64,000 nt of DNA from Tubulanus polymorphus. Taxonomy: Eukaryota > Animalia > Nemertea. The first letter of the stretch is position 1, and every line of letters starts with the position of its first letter. Where the stretch lies: positions 2,752,175 through 2,816,174 of the forward strand of contig NC_134032.1 of the NCBI RefSeq assembly GCF_964204645.1, written 5' to 3'. Both the position numbers and the translations under genes were made by a program. Positions 26,598 to 40,726 of this stretch are shown here, in pieces. Below the pieces are notes generated by a model. The model searched no databases. It was not told the DNA's origin and saw nothing but the letters and a program-made list of their open reading frames with translations.

Positions 26598-27387
26598 CAC
26601 AGGGGTTTGGCGCACAGGGGTTTGGCAATGGGCTTGGATTTTATTCCGGGTTGTTGATAATCTCGCGAGAATGGCGCTAAATATGAACTGCGAATAAATT
26701 CAAAATATCACGGAAATACCTTGTGTTTATGTTGTTTATTTATCCGCTATAAAGTTTCGATAAACAATTGGTTGTTAAGAATCATTATCAGACGGTCGTC
26801 ACGCTTTACTATATAAAATCACAAGGGATGAAACGCAGTTCAAGTCGTGCCAGCCAGAAAGTTGGGACAGTCACGTGACTTAACGCTTCTCATTTGACTG
26901 AACGCGAACCTGAAGCATATAAGACGGAAACTATGATACGAAAAATGTTTGAGAATAACTTACATTCAAATGCATTTTTTGACTATGAATTATATATTTC
27001 ATCATAATTTATTCTTTATAAGTTATTTATTTCATATGAATCATAATCTGACAATTGATATCGGTCTGTAAATATGTTAACTTTTCATGTTAAAGTTTTA
27101 AATGTGATGGCATCATCAGAATGTCACGTGACTGTCCCAACTTTCTGGCTGGCACAACTCTGAAGGCGTTTCATCCCTTGTTATTTTATATAGTAGCGTG
27201 ACGACCGTCTGATAATGATTCTTAACGACCAATTGTTTATCGAAACTTTATAGCGGATAACTAAACAATATAACGCAAGGTATTTCCGTGATATTTTGAA
27301 TTTATTCGCAGTTCATATTTAGCGCCATTCTCGCGAGATTATCAACAACCCGGAAATAAAATCCAAGCCCATCGCCAAACCCCTGTG
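26598..27387. mobile_element. Foldback MITE, related copy 2
   Basis: Arms share the outer ~210 bp with copy 1; TSD GTTACACA/GTTACAGA; the terminal 15 bp are tandemly duplicated at the left end. Confidence 0.85.
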
Positions 27388-30114
27388 GTTACAGAGGCCA
27401 GTGGTGCAGGTGTGCGATAGTCTGGATCCGCGCCGTGCGGTATCTTTGCGAGACCTTCGACAAAGGATTGAACTTGCGTTTACTGATCTACGGATAAGAT
27501 ATGATCGAAACTAGTAGATCAAAACTAGATTCGCGGCGAACAGACTCAGTTTGTAAAGTGCCTGGCGGCAATGATACCCACTTCACGTCAGAAAATATTC
27601 CGTAAACACCCGCTTCGTGTCCGTGCCGCAGTCCGCAGTGATTCGGTAATGAAATAGATAGACTGGTTACCGGTTTAGAACTTCATATTGAATGGTCAGG
27701 CAACCAGTCGGAAATGGATGGCGCTGCTGATTTTTCAAACTAATCCTATTGGATTGTTCATGTAACATTTTCATTTCAGAGTGTGTTCAAGGAGCTTTGC
27801 AAGATTACCCAACATTGTTGAATGGTTTTTGGTCTGTCAGATAATTCAAATGCGCATGACATTGAACGTGGTCAAGAAATTGCTGCAAATCGAAGGATCT
27901 ATACTTCTTGGTTTATTCGGTGTACGCGACAAATCATCCACTCGGTAGATTTAAACCAGGATACAGAATATGACGAAGCAAATTTGTGGTCTCAACGAAT
28001 GCAGTTAATCATCCTAAGTCTAATCGGTAATTTATAGCCTGCTTGGCTGAATGCAATTCCGGCTTATTCTGTTTTACCGGGAGTTAATCGGGTCATTTTT
28101 GAGGTCTAAATCCTGAGTTCTGTCCAGATGGTTCCGTTTGCATTTTTATTGAAATTTCTGTAGTACACCTTCGGTAGGGTTCTGTCAAACAGGTTTTTGA
28201 TCAATGGATTGGTTTCATCAGTTTAGTAAAAAGGGAAAAAGGTTTATCTTCGAGAAGTGTAGATACCCATTTTTCAGCCACAATACAAACAATAATAACA
28301 TAATATAATATTTAATTAACGTTGAACTGTATTTACAGATTACAGACAAGTAACTTGTAGAAAGCGAAGAATTTTTGTTGATTTTCGCATTTTTCTCGAA
28401 AAATATTAGATTCACTTACTGGCCTGACCTCCGCGCATCAATTCTACTTGCTAGTATAACCACTAAATTTTGTGCCGCGATTTAACATACTCTTGGCACA
28501 CTGCCAACCAACAGCCATAACAAAGTTCAACCAAAAATTCGGCTCGTTGCTAAGGGCCTGTGCTTTTTGTGGGATTCGAATCCATTCTGAAAATTATACA
28601 AAATCATTTTGTAATCCTTCATTCACGTATTTAAACTACCCGCGCGACGCGGCCCGCAAGTTTCGACGAATGTGATACCGGCGTTAGTGGTACTGGGTTT
28701 TCGCTTTGCAATTTCCTTCCATAATTCAATTCGAGCAAACTTTTCCGATACGTAAATCAATTTTTAGTGAAATCAATACCATACACTTCTTCTGAACAAA
28801 ATCGCAAGTAGAATACTCCCTGGTACTAAATTCGAGTCGTTTGGAGCTTTTAATCAACCGGACTGACTATACCAGTAAATATAAAATGGACTCCGGAGCT
28901 TCCTCGGTAACTGATCAGTGCTAATGATTGCTGTTGACTGAACTAACCTGACCAGGATAGTTTAAAATGTCACATATCACAGGGAAAATAACTGATTATA
29001 ACTTATCAATGAAACTTCTGTCAAGAATCGTTTGGGTAGATGTTCGAACGGATTGTTGTTTAGGATAATAAGGTCGGGCTTTGGCGACTGGAACATCGTT
29101 ACAGCAAAGTTTGATTCCTAACGCTGCTCTTAACATGATTGATTTGTGAACGCTGATTTGTGTTTGAGTTCACGTGAGTACGTCGAATCTAATCGATATT
29201 ATATTATAATTGCGATGGTTCTAAAATATGTTGGCCAAAAACTATAACAGCAGTCCTCCACTTCATTATTCTACTGTAGATCTTTATTCAGGAAAAAGGC
29301 TTTTGAAACGACAAGTAAACAACGACAATCCGGATAATATAGACCGTAGCAGCTTGGCTTGAATTTCCATGTATGCACACAAATTAATCCACTTTTAGTA
29401 TATGTTGTTCCCAATTCAGACTACGGACAGAATGACTGAATGTCAAAAGACTTCATCGAAGGTTGTCGGAATCAAAGATTACTCTTTTTTTACCCCAATG
29501 GAAAGAGATAATTTATTCGTCATCCAATGCAGCAAAAATTAGATTGCCCGGACTTCATCAGTCCTATTCGATTTAGATTTAGCTTAGGCATGGCTTATAT
29601 CTAATGCCAGTCTCATCCAGCTATCAACCTTTTGTCCGTACACATCCACCCAGACGGTTCGACAAACATTCATAATTTTCTCAAAACGCATTCGTCCAGG
29701 TGTCGCCACCTCCTGTGGCAGTGCTCCAGATATCATTCTTTGTAAATAAATTAGGGCGCCATGTCTGAACAATCAGTTTTAGACAGACATTTGCCATTTT
29801 GTGAAAAATGTGCTCGTCTAGTTTTTGCCATTCGAAAGATGATGGTCTGAGGGTTGTGTCGCTACAGAGAGAGCAGATTGACAGCTGCATAAAACCATAT
29901 TTGTTCTAGTCACATTGACATCCGTAAGACAGTTAAGATTTAAGAACAATCTTTGCATCTAGGAGCAGCATTGGAAAAAATTTGGCCTAAGGAAAATGAG
30001 CTATCTTCTTTCTAACGAACGCAGAGAAATTCGTATTTCAAAAGGGGCTTTTTGAATCCACAATTTGAATCGGTTACATGTGAACTTTGTACAAGGAGCT
30101 TTCATTTTAGTATT

Positions 30115-33100
30115 TCATTGTCGACGACGTTTATATTTTGCCTGTATTGATTTCAAATCGATAGTCAGTATCGTGTAAAGAAGGGGATTCAGGGACGAGT
30201 TGATCGGCAAGAAAAGAACCGCCAGCCAAGCCGCCACCTGATTCGGTATGTCCACCCGGAACACCGCGCAAAACTGAACGGTTATTATCGGCAGCCAGCA
30301 AAATAAATTGGAAAGATTTATCACCAAACTCCTACGCGCTAAAACCAGCTCGGTAGGGTCGATTCTACCGGAGCCGGACCTGCTTCCAGATACGAGTCTG
30401 TACATCTGCGCATAAGTCGTCATTATCGTAGCGAGTATTGCCGAGTTAGACACGGCAAAAATCGCCAGAGAATATTGCCAGGCGTGTACGTCAATGGTGA
30501 GCAAATTCATAGGTAAACAAACTCCGGTTGTGCCATAGAAATTATGACCGAAGTACGGCAATTGTGAAAGCGGTGACAAAGAGATTAAAACAAGTATAAG
30601 CCAGCATATACAACAAATACCGGTGACGTGTTTTGGGGTTACGAAAAAACTGTCGGAAAATAGATCTGTGATATTCGAGTATCGATGACGTGTTAATACG
30701 AGCAGGAAAGTCAAAGAGCCTTCACACGAAACGGTTACTAGAATCCCGGCAACACGACACAACGAACTGCCCGTCCACATTTCAGAATTTAAGAAATAAA
30801 CGCCTTTGTAAACGTAATCGGCACCCGCGATCAAGAATAAATAAATCGACATCAGAAAATCGCAAGCTGCGAGATTCATGATGAGGATATCAGAGGAACT
30901 GTTGTTTGTTTTGGATGATGATAGTCGAATGCGAAGTAAAATGACAACGCTGTTGGCGAAAAAGCTGAACGCAGCGATGACCCAGATGATCGCTCGGAGA
31001 ACTGAATTACCCATCAGGTCGGAACAGGAGGAAAATTGATCAGCTTCGGGAAGGCACTGGTCGACATTCGGAGCCATGCAGCAAAATTTGTACGCATCAG
31101 ATTTAAGGGAGACTAGTGATGTCAGGTTACCGAAAGTATCATTGTCTGTAGAAATGTAATTTGAATTGTTTGCTAAATCAAGATGCAAAAGTTCGTTTAA
31201 ACCAGAGAAAGCATGTTTAGATATTAAGTTGATGTTATTGCTGCTGATATTTAATGAAGTCATTGAGGAGAGACCTGAGAATACATTTGCACCAAGTACC
31301 GAAATGTGCAGTCCGTGCAGATCAAACATTGGAAGCGATCTTAAACCGCTGAAGCTTCCTTCTTCTAAATATCGAATTGGATTTTCTGTTATAAACAGTT
31401 CCTTCAGACTACCCAAGCCTGAAAATGATTTCGCGTATAAGGATGTTATGTTATTGTGAGTAAGGTCTAAGGAGTTAAGATTACGCAGGTTTGAGAACGA
31501 GTTTGGCAAAACGTGCGATAAACCATTGAAGGAGATATTGAGCGTGCGAAGATAAACGAATGAAGAAAATGTCGACACATTGAAAATTACTGTTATTTGA
31601 CAGCATTAGAATTCGAGTTGTAATCGCTAGGAGGTCAGTGATATCGGTGAGACCGACATTTCTACAGTCAACAGAATGACCTTGACATTTACAACGGTTA
31701 GGGCATGTGACGTTGCAGAAAGCCTCGTCATCGGTCGTATATTTACAATTCATAACACCATCACAAACTTCCGATTGCGGAATGCATCGATTTTCGTGGC
31801 CACATTTAAACATTCCTGGACATGAAAATGTCTCGCAATTGTGTTCATCTTCTGAATTGGGACAATCTGATTGACCATCACACACCTGTCTGATCGGTAT
31901 ACAATACGATATTTCGAGATTTCTACAAACCGGGTAACCAGATGACATCCTTTCTAGAACACATCTGTGACGTCTAGAATAGCAATGCAGAGAATCGAAA
32001 GAACATCTTTGTTCATCAGATTCCTCGCAAAGATTTGTGAAGTTGCTCACACAGTGATTCTCAATATTGCAATGAATCATGGGATTTACTGTTACATTAT
32101 TAGTTGATATTAATTCATCTTCTTCGAGACTCCCACTGCAATCCACGACTCCATCCTGATTCAACTGGGAACTGATACATTCTCCACTGTTACACATGAA
32201 CCCCTCACATAGTTGAGTGGTGCAATAAATTTCATCGGAGCCGTCTTGACAATTCATTACTCCGTCACATCTGTTAGACCTACTGACACATTGACCACTT
32301 TTACATCGGTATTGGCCGGGCGAACATGGAATATGAAAGCACAAGTTCTCATCGGAACCATCCGGACAATCCTGTATGAAATCACAGAACCCACTTATCG
32401 ATATGACCCGTCCATCGTTACAGCTGAACTGACTGTCTAGATGTATATCCGTACAGTTAAGTTCATCTTCACCGCGTTGACAGTCGTATCTGGTATCACA
32501 TACGCGATGGTCGCTGATACATCTTCCGTCGTTACATCGAAACTGCCACGATTTACAACCGCTTATAGAAGCTAACTCTTCATCAGTTACATTGTAGGAA
32601 CACAAAACAGAATGTACAACGCCTATTTCTGTTGCGTTATCAATGGTTGGAGCAGACCAAACCAGTGAATAAATATACGTGATTTCATCCCTGGTTAGTG
32701 TTGGCCTTATCGCTCTGAATCTGTTCCATCCATCAGTTACTAACACAGCGCCATATTGGTGTTGATAGTTAAACGTAGTGATAACGTTATTCACTTTATT
32801 GTCCGTTAAAGAAGTGAACGTGCCTATTTCACCACGAATAGCGCGACACATCTCCGTCGCTGTTTCGATATCTAAACCTCGTTGTTTGTTCCAGTCTGTC
32901 AGTATTTGGTAGCACCGTCCGGCTATACCTAGCCAATTTCGGGTACAGGTTGAGTTTAAAGTGATAGTGTTTAGCGTCATATTGTCACTAATGGCTACTT
33001 CTGTTTCATTTGCAATCGTTGTTAGAATGTCCCCTTGCTTGTTATCATATCGATCTGATTCGCAAACAAAACTAGTGTGAACCTCCTCGATTTGACACGG

Positions 33101-33307
33101 GAATCGAACCCAGTTCGCCGATCCTCGCGGATTATTCAGTATCATCGCCGTACACGGCATATTGACGTCATTTATCGGTTGTTTTCGAGGAGGAGATATC
33201 AATCCATGAATAACTTCTGGTATCGTTTCGTTACTAGTAGGTTTATACCACTCCGTGTAGCTCAATGGTTTGCCATCAGTCCACGCGTAATGCCCATCAG
33301 TATTCGG
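30115..33307 (-). CDS. GRL101/LGR-like GPCR, exon 3: C-type lectin end, second lectin-like domain, multiple LDLa repeats, LRRNT/LRR, rhodopsin-type 7TM (frameshift near 31580)
   Basis: Acceptor ttttacag|CCG is in frame with ORF 31481-33265. LDLa repeats (CDxxxDCxDGSDE); hinge SDAYKFCC...FSSCSDLM; TM motifs NLAACDFLM, CWLPI and LPINSSLNPLLYT. Confidence 0.8.
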
Positions 33308-33498
33308 CTGTAAAATACACAGTTAGTTTGTATGCCTCCTTTAGCAATTGAGTTTCCCTTTATGTTCATGATTTCTAGAATCGTGTATCAATAATCGGTA
33401 AATTTTGCCTATTTACTATATGATCGGGGCCGTTCAAATAAGTTACAATTCGCTTAAAATGCCCCTGAATAAAAAAGAAATTCTAGAATGGAATTTAC

Positions 33499-34827
33499 CT
33501 GCAATTTCAATCCAACCATTATTACGAGCGCTTTCTGCGAATATGCCTCGTCCAGAAGTTTTGTCGCGAATAATCTTTTTATAGCCATCATTTCCTGTTC
33601 TGAGTTGATACTGAGTAGATGTCCCGCGTACTCATATCTACAGTGCGATTCAGCCTTCTCCCAATTCTGACGTTCGTGTCTGATGTATTTCACGCAAGAA
33701 AGATATCCAGACTCGATGAATCCAGATTTACAGCGATTACCTTCGCTTTCGGCTGCTTCTTTTAATATAGCATATTGTATTTGGAACGTCGGCACTCGGT
33801 CTTTAAGCAGGAAAGAGACTCCATTAGCGATTAAACTGTGAAATACACTACCGAGTAATGAAAATTCAAGCGTACAGATTTTCGAGTCAAGTGGTTGGCG
33901 CCGCGTGCTGCCAATCAACTGAGTGAACAAAATCGCATCTTTATCTCTTGGAGAAGTTTTTGAGCACGGCGTTCTTTCTATGTGTTTGATAACGAATCTG
34001 TAATACCCCTGTTCATGTCTAGTTCTTGCTTCCATATCAATAAAGTCGAAGCGATAGATTTGAGAGCTTGCTAAGAAGCCCGCGAACCCCGGATAGTTCG
34101 GCGACTGCATGATCCCGCATTTGTCTTTAAACCGTTCGAAAATTGTTCCAGCCCCGAATGTCCTAACCTTTTTCAAACCTAGACATTTACGACGCAGTTT
34201 AACTATCAGCGCATACTGCCAGAACCTGTTATCGCTGTTTATCGTGACGCTGTTCAATAAGAGACCGTTATCGAGATACTGACTTGTTAAAACCATAAAT
34301 CTGCGGCACGGTAGTTTCTGATCAGTAGGAAAACATCGATCGATCTGATATTCGTGTTCTGATAGTATATGAATGTTCTTCAAGTGAAGGCGTCGGTTTT
34401 CAGGCGTAATTACGACGCAGTGTGACGTAATATCGATCTGGCGTTCTCCTTCCTGTAGCATGTATCCCGTACAGTCCGTCGGTTGAAATCCTATATCTTG
34501 GTAATATCCGTCTTCCAACAACTGTCCGTCCCAGTTGTAAGCGTATGCTACTATAGTAACCGGGCCCCCTGATGTAATCAGACTGACGACGTTACGGTCG
34601 TACCTGGTCGAAGTGGGACAATACGGACCGTAGCGTCGGGCCGTTAAGTTACCCCCGTCGTATATGTAAAATCCGGCTCGTTCGCAGTCCTCCGATAAAA
34701 TCAACATGCGTAATTCATCGTCGTTGATGTCGACCTCGGATGTGAACATTATTCTATCGACGCGATACGAAATCGTCGGCTCGTTTCTAGCTCGGAACGT
34801 TGCAAAAAGTGGTAAATGATTTAAAGG
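33499..34827 (-). CDS. GRL101/LGR-like GPCR, exon 2 (degenerate CUB-like region plus start of C-type lectin domain)
   Basis: Acceptor ttctccgcag|CCT is in frame with ORF 33454-34749; donor CAG|gtaaat. WEKAESHC...GHLLSINSEQE is a CTL motif that continues in exon 3 (YAWTDGKPLSYTEW). Confidence 0.75.
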
Positions 34828-34920
34828 CTGCGGAGAAATATATTAAAAGTCGTTGGAAATGCATATTTTGGCGTTTCATGATATTTCGAAGAAAATAAAA
34901 ATAAACTGTAGATTGTATTA

Positions 34921-35429
34921 CAGTGGAACCTCGTTAGTACGATTTGTGCGATGGAAAAAAAACGTGAGAGTCGCAGAGGCCGTATGGTTAAAGCCGCCAG
35001 TCATTGGTCTCGTCAATCCAGGGTTTATGGGTTCGAACCCTGGTGGCGACAGCGTTTCTTGGTCAAAGGTTCTTCTCTGGTCTCTCCCCCATTGGAAAAA
35101 GAAACATCGAACCCGCTCATAATGACCGTACTAACCGAATTTCGTAGTAACCCTCGTAAAACAAATCCTCAATTACCTCAATATTTCATCTTTAGCTTAA
35201 AACGCCGTATCATACTCCTGCTATTTGTTTTCACTGTCACTGTCAATTTAAAAAAGGGAACTCAAGTGGACGATAGTACTAATAGTCTTTATTTACTATA
35301 GAAATGAATAGGAGATCGTGAAATTTTTACATCGTATTACCGGGAATTTCGTATTAACGTGATTGCGACTAAGCCAACATTTACCGGTATACAATTTTTT
35401 TCGCTGCACGCCGAATCGTACTAACCAGG

Positions 35430-35430
<1 letters not shown>
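34921..35430. mobile_element. Tigger/pogo-like MITE in GPCR intron 1, interrupted by a tRNA-derived SINE
   Basis: TA|cagtggaacctcgttagtacga at the left; inverted cgtactaacc motifs at the right, ending at a (TA)n tract. Confidence 0.5.
34970..35050 (+). mobile_element. tRNA-derived (Ser/Leu-like) SINE head or tRNA pseudogene
   Basis: GTCGC...GCGAC acceptor-like ends, A box AGGCCGTATGGTTAAAGC and B box GGTTCGAACCC. The anticodon arm does not fold canonically. Confidence 0.6.

Positions 35431-35482
<52 letters not shown>
35431..35482. repeat. (TA)26 microsatellite
   Basis: Read directly. Confidence 0.95.
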
Positions 35483-35485
<3 letters not shown>

Positions 35486-35553
35486 TTCTAGTGAAGGAAA
35501 GCCCAATAGAAGGGAAGAAGGCTTCGATTGTGGTTCGACTGTGTTGTACTTAC

Positions 35554-36755
35554 TGACATCGACAAAACACTAACATCTGCCATGGAAAGCGATTCCGTGT
35601 GAAAGTAAACATCGATTCGAGACTTGATCTTATCGCCCTTCGTTAAAACGCACAGTATGACGAGAAAGCCTTCAGATTTTACGCTAAGCGATTCCAGGGA
35701 GTTGTAACCGAGTAAAATAGCCGTTCCTACAACGCGTAAACCTTCTAGTTTATATACACCAATGACGTCACCGGATGTGACGACATCGCTAGTCCAGTTG
35801 AAGACGACGTACTGTAACACCTGCACTGCGATAGACCAGCAGTGTAAGTGTTTTGATCGAGTTACTATGTGTAAACTGTTGTCATCGGGAATGAGCACTC
35901 CCGATTCGTTGTCAGAGATCTGAATCAACGAATTAGTGACGTTCCAATCGGATATTTGGTAAATTTGCACTACTAACTGCGCATGAAATTTGAAATAATA
36001 CGACAAGCCTGAGATGGTAGCCCTGTTGGATTTCGTATAAAATGTTACCGATGGTTGTCCGGATTGTTCGTGTATATTGGCGATAGGTTCACTGCTGGTG
36101 TTCCAGCCGTCATAAATTCTAACCGTAGCCGATTCAAAAATACGTATTAATTTGAAACTAACCTCTACGAATGTCAGATTCAGAGCATAATCATCCGCCA
36201 GTCCGATCCATTCTAAATAGAGCTGGCATTGTAATGTTTTTATCGCGAATTTGTACCCTTCCGATGTTTGTAACTTGCTCAAGTGAAGAAGATAGGGTGT
36301 TCTACAGTTATGACTCAAATTCAAACGGCTTCGTTGATGGCGATATACGATATAAAGCCGACTTCCTCGCGCACCGTCGACGTTACTTCTAAATATCAAC
36401 GAGATCGAATCGTTACGGAGGATTTCTCGTTCTCCGTCACCGCAGAATCTGCTGTCAGACTCGCCGACGAGAAGGTAGTCATCCTGGCAGAATATCGACG
36501 ACTCGATATCGTAGTAAAGTTTGATGTTGAAAGTTCCCCCGGGTGAAGAGCCGTTGACGAACCAACCACATTCAACACCGCGCGTTAACGACGGGTAACT
36601 CGGTGAAACGATGTAACCGGACATAGAACCTACGGGGTACCAAGTGTTGTTACAAGACGACTCGACCGTCACTGAGTCGGGCAGATCGGCGGCGCGTGCG
36701 ATTTTCGCCAGACGATCAGCGACGCTACAAACAGCGCTCTCAGTCGCTGCTCCAT
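35554..36755 (-). CDS. GRL101/LGR-like GPCR, exon 1 (signal peptide plus CUB domains; 1-nt frameshift near 36710)
   Basis: ATG at 36755 gives MEQRLRALFVASLIV, which joins LAKIARAADLPDSVTVESSC only via a frameshift. CUB motifs SGYIVSPSYP, CGW, CQDDYLLV, RFCG and FRSN; donor TCA|gtaagt, phase 0. Confidence 0.7.
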
Positions 36756-37246
36756 ACCGAACAACGAATACGTGACCGAATAAGCAAAATAATTAGAAAT
36801 TCTAGTTCTGATTTCGTTTCGTCGAACACCAACTCGACGCTAATTACAATTCCTCCAATTACGCGTTACTGCAAAGACACGAAATGAATATTTTTCTTTC
36901 CAGCTGCAATTATTTCTATTAAATAAAAAAAAAAACTGGTTTAAATTTTCAACTAAATTTCGCATACGCCCCAGAGTATTACCCGTAATTGGCTATGTTT
37001 AAAAAGATATAGACGAATACGTGGAATTCGTTGCGATAATCTTATCAGAACTAACACTAAACCAGAATAGAGGTTGATAGCATCTACGGGCCTTTTTAGC
37101 TTGAAACACGGAGAGCATGATTAAACCACCACTGACGCATTCACTTTATCGAGAATATTCTTCATACTTTTACTCTTGATATCTTAACAGACTCGCATGA
37201 AGGCATTCGATGGTCACTGCCGTTGTTATCACGGGTTGTGACTTCA

Positions 37247-37386
37247 GGGACCGGTTGCACAGTCCTGGCTTAGACTTAAGACCAGTCTAAGACCAACTTA
37301 GTTCTTTAGCCAATCTAACAACTTAAGACCTGTCTTAAGATTTAAGAATACTTTTGGACTTAAGTCACGACTGTGCAACTGGCCCC
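37247..37386. mobile_element. Small palindromic Harbinger-like MITE
   Basis: TIR gggaccggttgcacagtc / gactgtgcaactggcccc; internal cttaag repeats. Confidence 0.6.
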
Positions 37387-40300
37387 AACAACTACAGCAT
37401 ACATACAAACTACCTACACATGATACCGAAATACCATCTTTATGAATTTTTGATGTTACACGTGCACGACAAGCTGTATAACCGCTGACCAAATAGACAA
37501 GTTCGCGGCACAAGATTTCGATTTGCTTCTCCTCAATGTCCCAAGTGCTTAGAAATTGCTTGAAAATGCACTGGAATTTGAGTTGAATTCTCCAAACCCT
37601 TTTTGGGCAGCGTGGATACTTTAACATGTCATTTTCCAGTATTCATGCCAATGTCTTTGTGCTCTGATCAGTCTACCACTGGATCCGCCCCGGATTTTCT
37701 TCAAGAAAAATTAGGAGAGCAAAGGCAAAAATAAAAGTAATATTTTTTTGTAATAGGCGTTTTAAAATGGAAGGTAACAGAAAAATAATAAAAAAATCAC
37801 TTTTTTCTTATCATGTTCTACATAGATCCTTGAAAGGGACTGCAGAAAAAAATTAATAGGTTAAAGTTGTGATGAATTGGATCCAAACGATGGGAGAAAT
37901 GAAAAAAAAACTAAGCTTGCAAATCAAAAATGAAAAAACTTACGTTTTAGCAAATCACAGGATAGAAAAAAAATTACGATTTACATAACTTTTACAATTT
38001 ACTAGATTGAAAATTAAGACTGGCATATGAAGAAGAATTGTTTATTGAAAATCGTGATGAACACACGAAGGACTAAAAAGATTCTTTTTTTAACTTGTGA
38101 TTTTAGCAGAAGTCTATAAGATACGGATCCACGCGCGCTCCAAGTGATTAAGGAAAAATGCCTTAATTTTAATCTAAAAACGCGTTCTTATACAGCGTAT
38201 TTCTACCTGAAGACAATTCTTGTTCACCGCGAAAAATACTGAAAAACAAAGTCAAAACGCATTTTTTTCTGCGACGAATCACTTTCGCATAGAATTGAAA
38301 GTTGCCAGTACAAACCGGCAGAAATCTAACACGGTTACACGGTTCGGCAACGCGTCCTGTCAAAACAGACGTCATTTGTTTCCGTTGGTTTTAAATATCC
38401 GTCAATAACAATTAAAACAAAATGTAGCTTCATAGCAGCGATAACGGGTTTCTGCCTAACCTGGTTCATATGTTGCAATGGGAAGCGTAAAAAAGAAGCG
38501 CGACCTCGGTCAACAATATGCTGGATTATGTGGATCCAAAAGGGTTACCATGTAAAAAGTACTGATGTACAAAGTCTAATCAAAATGGCTTTGAGGATAC
38601 CGAAGATATGGTCCCCCGGTGGCATTTGTATCAACTTGAACGTCGCGTGTCGAGGCAGGTGGTGGGCAGAAAAAGAAATATTTCCGGGAAGATTTTTTTG
38701 AAGACGCAAGGCATTGATTGATCAATTGTGTTGTTTTCTTTCTTAATTTACATTTGATTTGGCAGGTAATCTTGCTTAGGAGTCCGTTGGGCAAAGCATC
38801 GAAGCAACACAATCTAACTTGTTCATGTCTCAGATGCAGCGCGCCAGGACGGTCATTATATTGCTAACTTATCCAAATTACACTTACACAGCCCAACGTT
38901 TTTTAGTGTGTAAACTTTTTCATACTCTGCATTATATGACATTGAGGAATTGAATTTTAGCCATCTGAGCCCTCGGCTTGATTCGAGCAAAAGACCTTAA
39001 CTGACTTCACAGAATTTGATTATGAGTCTAGGATTTTCTAAATTTCTGAAGAATGCTTTCTCTGGTTTTAAGATCCATTCAATTTCAATCTTGATTACAT
39101 AAAAATAAGTCAATTAAATTTTCATTTCATTGAAAGAAATTCTATTGAACACAGATTTTGAACTGAATGACTAGTTGATTTATCCAGGCGAAAAAATTAC
39201 AGCAAAATCAACTGATGATCAACGAGGTGAAGTTTTCATTTTTCTTCGAATATTTGTCTACCCCCTGATGAAACATTAACGCCTGATCTAATCGCACCAA
39301 TTAGTCAGCCACAGTCGATTTTTATGCCATCTGACCTCTTTCCACCTGCAATTAAGCAATGAAATGTAATAATTACTCGGTTATATAATATCATAGAGGA
39401 GTGAAAGAAAGTATAATAACTGATTACTTATCCAAATATACAAACATGGCAACTGAAAAAAAATAACAATTACATAAAACGTCAAGTACTTACAGCATCT
39501 GAGACAGTTGCGCTTAAGTTACGACAATGACGAAAAAGCTTGCTGTGGAACGTACACTTGCACACTGTGGTTTAAATTTATTTCCACCAGCTGCAGGAAT
39601 CGGCAAAGAAATTGAAGACCGTAGTGACCAGTTCATTCCACGAATAATAGCTGGAAAGAAAGTAATCGAAATAAGTAGTCGTACACATAAGTGTAAACCA
39701 GCCCCTTACTAACAACTTAGGCTTTCCACTGTCTCTATTCACTACATTTAGGGTCTATTCTAGGTGTATCCCCCAAAAAAGCTAGGTCAAGTAGCAAGCC
39801 AACAATGATCATTGCTTCACCGAGTACTCATTTGCTACCATATGTACTAATATTATAAAGAAATCATGTAAAACATTCCCTGGTTAACGGATTCTCACCT
39901 TAAATTACCAAAAAACTGCTGTCGTTGTCATCGATCTGAGTCGTCGACTGAACGCGGAAGTAAATTTCTGTATGAAAATTCCTACTATTTCTGTCCATAT
40001 TACGTTGAATCGAGCCAGAAATCTTCAGGAAATGTAGCCAACGTAAATTATTTACGAATAGAATTGACCAATTGACTCATTTTAAGGATCATGGTTTCGT
40101 GAAATTCATTGATGTCCTAAAACTCGCGATAAATTTAAGCCGAAAATGATTTCAACCATCCGCCATGTTTCATTCATAAGACACTTATTACGCACCGGCT
40201 GTAGTTATCGTTCGTGGGAAATGACGGATCCGGACTGATTGTAAGTCCGATTCCGTGATTTAACGGTTGACTTTGAAGCTCAAGGTCGTGCGGTAAATTT

Positions 40301-40726
40301 TAGGCTTTTCGGAGTGCACTTTTATCAATGGATGACGATTCTTTGCGTTATTCCTGTCGCTGTTTAGACCCGGTAATTATGCGGGATTAATTCATAATAG
40401 ATTACTTTACGCAAATTCGAAACGGTCAGGCGCTGAGTTATATTTCTGGCAGAATTTAAAATTACGTTTATAAGCTGTTGGTAGTCGAATCTGAGAGGAG
40501 TTACATTTTATGAAAAATTTTTGGCTGGAAAGTGGACCATTTATAATAATAATAATATTCAACAGGAATACAAGAGGGTTTCTGCGAAAGCAGCAGAAAC
40601 CCTAAATATTCACGTCGTGTGTATATATCATTTACGTCACCGGCAGTTGTGTCGCAGAGGTCTAATAACGGCCACATCGCATTTACAAAATAATTACGAC
40701 TCAAGAACTGCGTCTCACTTACATCA

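Noticed and set aside
34970-35050. Functional tRNA gene
   Set aside because: The anticodon arm does not form a canonical stem-loop, there is no nearby T-run terminator, and it sits inside a MITE; better read as a SINE head or pseudogene.
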